Shown here in pieces: positions 1-6,846 of a stretch of DNA of 15,844 nucleotides. Numbering within the stretch: the first letter of the stretch is position 1; each line of letters begins with the position of its first letter. The stretch covers positions 347 to 16,190 of the forward strand of contig JAWCMA010000025.1 in assembly GCA_038850285.1 (NCBI GenBank), in the 5' to 3' direction. The stretch is from Methanocellales archaeon. Lineage in GTDB: Archaea > Halobacteriota > JAWCLZ01. The notes below the pieces were generated by a model. The model was given only the letters and a program-made list of their open reading frames with translations, ran no database searches and had not been told where the DNA came from. Made by a program: the position numbers and the translations under genes.

Positions 1-1
1 T

Positions 2-250
2 TGGAATGGCACTGACTGGAGCATAGACCCAGGTACTGGTTTGAAGTCACGCAATTTCGAAGAAGAAATCAATAGCAAGCTTCAAGACCTAAATGCTAGC
101 GATGGACAGCTATTTTTGCTTTCAATTAAATATCACAATGCACAAGGAGATGTCTCTGCACCCAATGCAGTGACTTGGCTTGAAGATCCTTGGCTGCCAA
201 CGGGAGAAGACATTCGTGGATTATTCAAACTGGAGGTCTGCATATGGTAA
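2..250 (+). CDS. 3' end of a probable pilin-like operon protein (partial, starts before the window; possibly DUF7287-like)
   Basis: Frame is open from nt 2 (WNGTDWSIDPGTGLKSRNF...) to TAA 248-250, so the ORF-track start at 41 is internal. It ends in a beta-strand-like KLEVCIW resembling the next gene's C-terminus and overlaps the next ATG (244). The family name is from memory and operon position. Confidence 0.65.
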   Translation, partial: WNGTDWSIDPGTGLKSRNFEEEINSKLQDLNASDGQLFLLSIKYHNAQGDVSAPNAVTWLEDPWLPTGEDIRGLFKLEVCIW

Positions 251-840
251 AAAGCGAAGCACAGGTTTTCACCCTCGAGGGCTTGGGCGCGGCTGTGGTA
301 ATAATGCTAGCTATTTACTTCATGCTTCAATCCCCTGTAATTATCACCCCTCCAGTTACCCAGCATTTAAATGTGCAGCTCTCGCAGCACGGTAGAGATG
401 CACTTCTAGCGCTTGATATAGAAGTGCCTAGCAACAGCAGTCTTGCTAATTACACTTTGAAGAGCTATTTAAAAGCAATTAATAAAAGCGACCTCAAGAT
501 TCCCACTCAAATGAGAAAAGATTTGTGCTCTCTACTCCCGAGAAATGTGATGTTCAATGTGGTTTTAAGCTATGTTAATTTAAGTGGAGTAAACATAAGC
601 GAGGGAAATTATACCATGCTAAATATCACCAATCTGATCTTAAATTCCGATAATACCACTGAATTCATAACCAATCTCACGCCTCCTCAGGATTCAACTA
701 CTACTAGCCACTTCGTAGTGCTCTACGACAGCGAGCTCAGCGAGAACTCACCCTTTAAAGTAAATGCAACTGAAATGGGAACTGAACCTGAAAGAGTGCC
801 GCATGTGATAGAGGTGAGACTTGAACTATGGTATGTTTAA
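244..840 (+). CDS. Type IV pilin-like protein with class III signal peptide (DUF7288-like), 198 aa
   Basis: Start reassigned to ATG 244, preceded by GGAGGT at 232-237. MVKSEA/QVFTLEGLGAAVVIMLAIYFML is a short leader, an A/Q cleavage site and a hydrophobic helix. 10 N-X-S/T sequons counted by eye. Confidence 0.8.
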   Translation: MVKSEAQVFTLEGLGAAVVIMLAIYFMLQSPVIITPPVTQHLNVQLSQHGRDALLALDIEVPSNSSLANYTLKSYLKAINKSDLKIPTQMRKDLCSLLPRNVMFNVVLSYVNLSGVNISEGNYTMLNITNLILNSDNTTEFITNLTPPQDSTTTSHFVVLYDSELSENSPFKVNATEMGTEPERVPHVIEVRLELWYV

Positions 841-1253
841 GAGATGAGGAAGGAGAGATTATAATATTATTCGGATTTTTAATAGCAGCTAGCTTAATCG
901 TACTAGCTGTATTGCTCAACACCGTGCTATTCTCAGGCCAGCAGGCAGCCACCGGGGAGTTTACCTTCCCTAAATATGAGATACAGGATATAAGGCTTCA
1001 AACTCTGGAGCAAGCTAGAATTGCGGCAAATCGCTCGGAGTTTAAAAATGAAACTATATTTAATGAGATAATAGAGTTATATTGCAATCAAATCCTAGCG
1101 CTATACAGCCAGCGAGGTGCTTATGCTCTAGTCTCGGTGAAACCTGTGAAGAGTGGAGAGAATATAACTTGGGCTCAAGTCAAAATCATCTACAACGATA
1201 TGTATACTGATTACAAAAGTGTGGATGTGATCTACGATTTAAAGGGGGAATAA
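828..1253 (+). CDS. Type IV pilin-like protein with class III signal peptide (DUF7261-like), 141 aa
   Basis: MVCLRDEEG/EIIILFGFLIAASLIVLAVLLNTVLF. RBS-like GAGGTGA at 811-817. 13-nt overlap with the previous gene. Confidence 0.78.
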   Translation: MVCLRDEEGEIIILFGFLIAASLIVLAVLLNTVLFSGQQAATGEFTFPKYEIQDIRLQTLEQARIAANRSEFKNETIFNEIIELYCNQILALYSQRGAYALVSVKPVKSGENITWAQVKIIYNDMYTDYKSVDVIYDLKGE

Positions 1254-1260
1254 TAGGAAT

Positions 1261-4200
1261 ATGAATGGAATGAATAGGAATATGACTAGTAAAAGTAAGA
1301 CTAAGAGCAAGAATAAATTTTTTAATATTGTTAATAATACCCAAGCGGTAACTCCAACCTATGAATATATAATACTCGTTGGAATTTTAATCGTCTACAT
1401 CACTCTCTTTCTCACCATTTACGCTGATGAATTTGGAATTGCGCCTTTGAGAACTGCAATGCAAACGCAATTTGAAGACGTTGGCAATGATATTAGCTCA
1501 AAAGTCGTGGATATGTATATAATAGCCCCTGAATCAGGCTATTTAAAAACCAAATTCTACATCCCTGAGGCAGTGGGTAAATATGAATATAAAGTTGAAT
1601 TCAGTGAAATGGGACTTGACCAGCAGATCTTAGTTTCAGCGCTGAGATTTGAAAAAGAAGTCATGATCACTTTAAATAAAATAGGCTCCAGCCTAGGGTT
1701 AAATGGATCAACATATAGCTCTACATCTGAACACTGGTTAATTTACACCATAGGCTCAGAATATGATCTAACTCCAATTGCAGTTGTATACCCAAGGGAA
1801 GTCTCATACGACCTTACCTCTGGGTTAAGCGATATCGTTGTTTTTGATGGGAGTGATTCTAAGGGTATAGGCGAGCTTCAATACGCTTGGGACTTCAACG
1901 GCGATAGCATAATCGACTCGACTAATGCAACGGAATACTATCAATACTCAGCTCCAGGTATTTATAATGCCATTTTAACCATCTACGATCCAGTTCTAGA
2001 TAGATCAGCCTCCTCAACTGTTCAGGTAAATGTTACAACTGCTTATATCGAGCCAACCTTGGATGCATATAAATATGTCGCTCCAAGGAGCTTTGGAGCA
2101 GGCAAACCTTCTTATACCAACATAGTTCTCTACGGCAAGGGAATACCTCAAAATGAATCTCACCTTGATGTAATGCAAGTGATAGATGTCTCAGGAAGCA
2201 TGGATCCCGATTGGCTAAAGATAGCTGGCCATGATCCAGATACAGGCTATACTCCATTCTCAAATAAGAGTATAAATGGAACCGCTGGAAGCAAGATCTG
2301 GACTCAGAGCTTTAGTTTAACAAGCGCTGCTAATGAAACAATTGAAAAACTTCACGTTGAACTCTGGAATGTAAGCGGGAGCAAAAACGTTGATCTCTAT
2401 GTAAAACCACCTGGTGGATCTGCTGAGAGAGCACAGAATATAACTCCTTGGTATGAGCGCTATGAAAAAGCAAATCCAACTCTAGGTAGCTATACTATAT
2501 ACGTCCTTGGAGACTTCCCAGTTGATAGCCAGCAGTTCAAGGTAAATGTGAACAAGACCTCAAAGATTAACATAAGTGGAGCTGTGGATACCTACTCCTG
2601 GAGCAATACCACTTATAATTTGAATATAGCTAAGTGGATGGAGACATATATAACTTGGCCCACTAGCTCAATCGATCTAAATCTATATTTAACCGACCCG
2701 AGCTCAGCAACCCATGCTCCAACTCCAGCCAATCTCTCCACTCCCTCTCGCAACTGGGAGCGAGTTTACCTCACTAATATAAGTGCTGGGGACTGGACAG
2801 TTGCAGTTTACAACAATGGCTCTTATCCACCCCCTGATTTCAGCATAAGTGCCTCGCCATATGTGAACACCATCTGGCAGAGCGAGAGCACCACTTATAC
2901 TTTAACATTAACCTCACTCAACGACTTCACAGGCAATATTTTACTCTCAATCTCTGGTTTACCAGCAGGCGCTAGTGCTACATTTAGTACGAATCCAGTT
3001 GGCCTATCAGCTGGGCAAACTAGAACTTCAACTTTAACAGTTTCAACAGGTCCGACAACACCAATTGGCAATTACTCGCTTACAATAACGGGTAAAAGCG
3101 GTTCGCTAACTCACACCACAAATGTATACCTCAACGTTACCCCCTATGATATTACCGTTAATGCCTATTGCTTGACCAATGGCACTTGGGTAAGCGTGAA
3201 CATAACTCTAGATGGCGCGTCAACTGGAAAGAATACCCCATCTAGCTTCACAGGCTTAACAGGCACGCATACACTTCAAGTTCCAAGCATAGATCCACAT
3301 GGACATGCTTTCTCCTACTGGAGAAGACCAGATGGTTCTACCACAACGAGCAATCCAATTACATTCTGGCGAGGCGGAACTTATACTGCTTACTACGGTG
3401 TAACTCCATATAGCGTTACAATTAACGCTTGGTGCTACGATGAAAGTAAGGATCCCAATGTAGATATAACCATGGATGGCTCTCCCACTGGTAAAAAAAC
3501 ACCTTATACCTTCACAGGTTTAACAGGCACGCATACCTTCACTGTGCCAAGCAGCGATTCAAGCGGACATCCCTTCTGGAAGTGGAGCACAGGCTCCACG
3601 AGCACAACTATAACCGTGGTCTCAAGTGGAACTTATACCGCTTATTATGGCACTCCTAGTTTCACAATCTCAAATCCAGGAACGCAGACTGTGAATCAAG
3701 GCAGCTCGAAATCAGCAAGCATAACGGTAACAAGTATTAATGGCTATAACAAAAAAGTAGATTTAACTTCTAGCGGCGCGCCTGCAGGAACAACAATTAG
3801 CTTTTCACCTGACCACGGAAATCCCACATTTAGCTCTACAATGACTATATATGTTGGCGCGAGTACGCCAACTGGAAATTATCCAATAACAATTAGAGGT
3901 ACTGGGAGCGATGGCTTAGTTAAAACTCAAACCTTTACTCTGAGCGTAATTCCACCGCCTGATTTCTCAATAAGCGCCTCGCCTTCGTCGAGAAGTGTTA
4001 AAACCACGGGCGAGAGCACAACTTATACCATTACCTTAACCTCGCTGTATAACTTCGCAGGCAGCATCTCGCTCTCAATCACAGGATTGCCAGCAGGCGC
4101 TAGTGCCACATTCAGCCCTAACCCAGTTAGCCTATCAGCTGGACAAACTAAGACCTCAACCCTCACTGTTTCAGTGCTCCCTGGAACTCCAGTTGGAGAT

Positions 4201-6021
4201 TATACCTTAACTATAACTGGCATAAGTGGAAGCCTCAGCCATTCAACAAGCGTAACTCTCAAAGTTACACCACCCCCACCTGGCTGGATCTACTGGCTAG
4301 CTAGACTATATGAAAGCTCACTCCCAAGCCCATGGATCAGCGCTAGAGCTGCCCCAGGTGTAGAAAGCTTCACTGGATATATACGCCTTGGCGAGACTCC
4401 TGTGACAAGCTTTAGCGACACATTAATTGCAAGCGAGCCGCCTAGGTGGGATAATACCGAGAGTCCAATCTTGATTAATGAATCCATTAAGAACTTCAAG
4501 ATAGCATTGAATTACACCGATGAATCTGGAAATCAAAGTTTGCACTTCTGGGTAAGCAAAAATGGCGCTCCTCCAGTGCTAGTAGCTGGATTAATGGGTG
4601 AGTACTATGACAACAAGGATTTAACCAATTTGAAATTAACTAGACTAGACCCAGTGGTAGACTTCAACTGGGGCTCAGGCTCACCACATTCTTCAATTGC
4701 AGCTGATACCTTCTCAGTTAGATGGACTGGCTATGTAAAGATAGATAGATCCGAGAACTATACCTTCTATGTAATAACTGACGATGGAAGTAGAGTCTGG
4801 GTTAATGATACGCTTATCATCGATTCCTGGATTGATCAATCAGCGACTGAGCGCAGTGGAAATATCTATCTCGCTGAGGGCTGGCATAAGATAAAATATG
4901 AATATTATGAGAACACTGGAAGTGCAACTGCTAGATTGCTATATTCCTCTCCAAGCACGCCCAAGCAGGTTATACCGCAGGATCACCTGAGCCCAGTTAA
5001 TATGAAAGGCAATGTATGCTTAAATTATACTGAGACAAATGTCACTGCACCTGCGAATTACACTGTTTACCTAACCGGAACCTTTTTAAGTGGAACTCAA
5101 GACTTTGAACTGCAAACCTATATGGCAAAATTGGATGCAGCTAGAATAAGTGGTAAAACCTTTGAGGATATGCTGAATAGCTCTTCAGATAAATCTGGAC
5201 TAGTTTCATTTGGCGGAAATGCAACTATTGTTAACCAATCAGATGTAAGGTTGATTCAAAGTCTAACTTATAGCCACAGCCTTGTTAAAGCTGGCTTCGA
5301 TTTATTAGTGGCGCATAATGGCACGCCAGTGGGCGAAGCCATCTATGTTGCAACTCAAGAGCTAAATAGTTCCTCGGAATTCTTCACTGAGAATAATCGC
5401 ACTCGAGTGCCTGTGATAATCTTGCTCTCAGATGGACTGCCAACCCTCCCAGCAACCCTTGAGGAGATCTCTGAAAATAATTATACTCGAGCTATTCAAT
5501 ATGCCTATGAGCAGGCTAATATAGCGAAGAACATGGGTATATTAATCTATGCAATTGGATTTGGAGTCGACGCTGACATGGATTTCCTAGCGAATATCTC
5601 AAGTGGCGAGGGGTATTACTTCTTTGCTGCCACCAAGGAGGAACTTCAAGCGATATACCTGCAGATAGTCAAAGAACTCAGGGAATATGCAGCTAGAAAT
5701 GTGGTAATTACCGATGTGGTGCCAGCGGGTATAAATGTAGTAAGTGCACCAGGGGCATATGATGTGATTAATAATGACGATGGAACTACAACTATAATCT
5801 GGAGAATCGGTGGAGTTAAAATATATAGACACGGTCAAACACCAGTGGTGCGGCGCTTAGTTATATCAACCATGAACGCAGGTTCTACCACTGCCAATGT
5901 ATATAACCTCTCAAATATTACCTACACCAATGTAATCACTGGTAATTTAACCACCTTTGTATTACCACAAACATATATATACGTTAAATCAGCTGGCGGT
6001 GGACAGATGAATATGGAGTGA
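1261..6021 (+). CDS. Giant modular pilin-like adhesin (pilin N-terminus, PKD, split DUF11-like, split vWA, PPC-like x3, Ig-like repeats, PA14), up to 1586 aa
   Basis: NNTQA/VTPTYEYIILVGILIVYITLF class III-like signal. PKD motifs FDGSDS, YAWDFNGD and YSAPGIY (~1771-2037). MIDAS DVSGS (2185-2199), T in NGTP (5323) and D in ILLSDG (5431). PA14 GLMGEYY...VDFNWG...FSVRWTG...TDDGSR...IPQDHL (4588-4995). Alternative in-frame ATGs at 1270 and 1282. Confidence 0.88.
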   Translation: MNGMNRNMTSKSKTKSKNKFFNIVNNTQAVTPTYEYIILVGILIVYITLFLTIYADEFGIAPLRTAMQTQFEDVGNDISSKVVDMYIIAPESGYLKTKFYIPEAVGKYEYKVEFSEMGLDQQILVSALRFEKEVMITLNKIGSSLGLNGSTYSSTSEHWLIYTIGSEYDLTPIAVVYPREVSYDLTSGLSDIVVFDGSDSKGIGELQYAWDFNGDSIIDSTNATEYYQYSAPGIYNAILTIYDPVLDRSASSTVQVNVTTAYIEPTLDAYKYVAPRSFGAGKPSYTNIVLYGKGIPQNESHLDVMQVIDVSGSMDPDWLKIAGHDPDTGYTPFSNKSINGTAGSKIWTQSFSLTSAANETIEKLHVELWNVSGSKNVDLYVKPPGGSAERAQNITPWYERYEKANPTLGSYTIYVLGDFPVDSQQFKVNVNKTSKINISGAVDTYSWSNTTYNLNIAKWMETYITWPTSSIDLNLYLTDPSSATHAPTPANLSTPSRNWERVYLTNISAGDWTVAVYNNGSYPPPDFSISASPYVNTIWQSESTTYTLTLTSLNDFTGNILLSISGLPAGASATFSTNPVGLSAGQTRTSTLTVSTGPTTPIGNYSLTITGKSGSLTHTTNVYLNVTPYDITVNAYCLTNGTWVSVNITLDGASTGKNTPSSFTGLTGTHTLQVPSIDPHGHAFSYWRRPDGSTTTSNPITFWRGGTYTAYYGVTPYSVTINAWCYDESKDPNVDITMDGSPTGKKTPYTFTGLTGTHTFTVPSSDSSGHPFWKWSTGSTSTTITVVSSGTYTAYYGTPSFTISNPGTQTVNQGSSKSASITVTSINGYNKKVDLTSSGAPAGTTISFSPDHGNPTFSSTMTIYVGASTPTGNYPITIRGTGSDGLVKTQTFTLSVIPPPDFSISASPSSRSVKTTGESTTYTITLTSLYNFAGSISLSITGLPAGASATFSPNPVSLSAGQTKTSTLTVSVLPGTPVGDYTLTITGISGSLSHSTSVTLKVTPPPPGWIYWLARLYESSLPSPWISARAAPGVESFTGYIRLGETPVTSFSDTLIASEPPRWDNTESPILINESIKNFKIALNYTDESGNQSLHFWVSKNGAPPVLVAGLMGEYYDNKDLTNLKLTRLDPVVDFNWGSGSPHSSIAADTFSVRWTGYVKIDRSENYTFYVITDDGSRVWVNDTLIIDSWIDQSATERSGNIYLAEGWHKIKYEYYENTGSATARLLYSSPSTPKQVIPQDHLSPVNMKGNVCLNYTETNVTAPANYTVYLTGTFLSGTQDFELQTYMAKLDAARISGKTFEDMLNSSSDKSGLVSFGGNATIVNQSDVRLIQSLTYSHSLVKAGFDLLVAHNGTPVGEAIYVATQELNSSSEFFTENNRTRVPVIILLSDGLPTLPATLEEISENNYTRAIQYAYEQANIAKNMGILIYAIGFGVDADMDFLANISSGEGYYFFAATKEELQAIYLQIVKELREYAARNVVITDVVPAGINVVSAPGAYDVINNDDGTTTIIWRIGGVKIYRHGQTPVVRRLVISTMNAGSTTANVYNLSNITYTNVITGNLTTFVLPQTYIYVKSAGGGQMNME
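2827..4272 (+). repeat. Intragenic repeat block A1-B1-B2-A2-A3 (A ~100-107 aa Ser/Thr-rich Ig-like; B ~85 aa beta-rich)
   Basis: A1 (2827-3144) and A3 (3952-4272) both begin PPPDFSISASP and share GLPAGASATFS, LSAGQT and TSTLTVS (about 70% aa identity by hand alignment). A2 (3655-3951) is more diverged. B1 (3145-3402) and B2 (3409-3651) share FTGLTGTHT and GTYTAYYG. DNA 3247-3272 and 3511-3536 match at 25 of 26 nt. Confidence 0.92.
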
Positions 6022-6025
6022 TTAA

Positions 6026-6817
6026 ATGCTGAATTCAAAAGAAGCGGTTTCGGAAATAGTTGGATACATGCTGATCTTCACCATTGTGGTGCTCTCCATA
6101 GGGTTAATGTATACCTATGGCTATCCCATTTTGGAGGATCTTCAAAATAGAATTCGCTTTCAAAATGCCGAGCAGGGATTTGCAATTCTGCAAGCAGATT
6201 TAGATAGAGTGGTATTTGATCAAGCACCCGTTAAGACCACGAAGATAAACACCGGAGGCGGATCCATCCAAGCTGCTTCATCGGGGGATCAGATTAATAT
6301 TGTGGTGAACATCAGCGGAGAGAAGAAATACGAGGTTACCAGAGAACTTGGAATTATAGAATACCGCCATATGGGGAAGAGAATCGCCTATATAGATGGC
6401 GGGGTATTTATAAATCAAGGAACGCGTTCTTATCTTCGAATTCCACCGAAGATCTATGTATATAATGACACTGAAACCTCTAATCTCACCGTTATAATCT
6501 CAATTTTCTCGATACAATGCAGCTATCCCACGATGGGCGGGGGAGAGAGGGTGTCGGTGCTGAGTAAATATAATAGATCGAGCACGAGTACTTATATCAA
6601 TCAGAGCTTTAACTCCAGCTTGAGCAATGTAACCATAACCATAAACAGTAGTTTATACATAGATGCTTGGGAATCGCATTTGAGCGATTTGCAGAGGCGG
6701 GCATATGCTGGAATCGAAGTCGCGAGGTTGAATTCAACTCATGTGAGAGCCATAATTCCCTTCAATAGAGTGGTCATTACTGAGAATAAAGCGGATGTAG
6801 AGGTATCTTCGAGTTAA
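6026..6817 (+). CDS. Type IV pilin-like protein with class III signal peptide (DUF7289-like), 263 aa
   Basis: MLNSKEA/VSEIVGYMLIFTIVVLSIGLMY is a typical archaeal pilin AVSEIVG start. GGAGTGA at 6015-6021 precedes the ATG. 9 sequons counted by eye. Confidence 0.85.
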   Translation: MLNSKEAVSEIVGYMLIFTIVVLSIGLMYTYGYPILEDLQNRIRFQNAEQGFAILQADLDRVVFDQAPVKTTKINTGGGSIQAASSGDQINIVVNISGEKKYEVTRELGIIEYRHMGKRIAYIDGGVFINQGTRSYLRIPPKIYVYNDTETSNLTVIISIFSIQCSYPTMGGGERVSVLSKYNRSSTSTYINQSFNSSLSNVTITINSSLYIDAWESHLSDLQRRAYAGIEVARLNSTHVRAIIPFNRVVITENKADVEVSSS

Positions 6818-6846
6818 TGAGTTAATTTAATGAAACTTAATGAAAC
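6811..6846. repeat. Two abutting tandem micro-duplications: (GAGTTAAT)x2 then (TTAATGAAAC)x2
   Basis: Read directly: 6811-6818/6819-6826 and 6827-6836/6837-6846. Confidence 0.85.

Noticed and set aside
190-243. ORF-track 18-aa N-terminal extension of the second pilin-like gene, and overlapping ORF 180-395
   Set aside because: The extension lies inside the upstream gene, and ATG 244 has an RBS and gives a proper class III signal. ORF 180-395 is an off-frame shadow with no motifs.
2827-4272. Repeats considered as a CRISPR array or DGR template/variable pair
   Set aside because: Units are 250-320 nt in-frame coding repeats without spacers. Mismatches are not adenine-specific and no reverse transcriptase is present.
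2206-5127. Insertion in the vWA considered as an intein or mobile element
   Set aside because: No C/S-start and HN-C/S/T end motifs, no homing endonuclease or transposase motifs. The content is extracellular beta domains.
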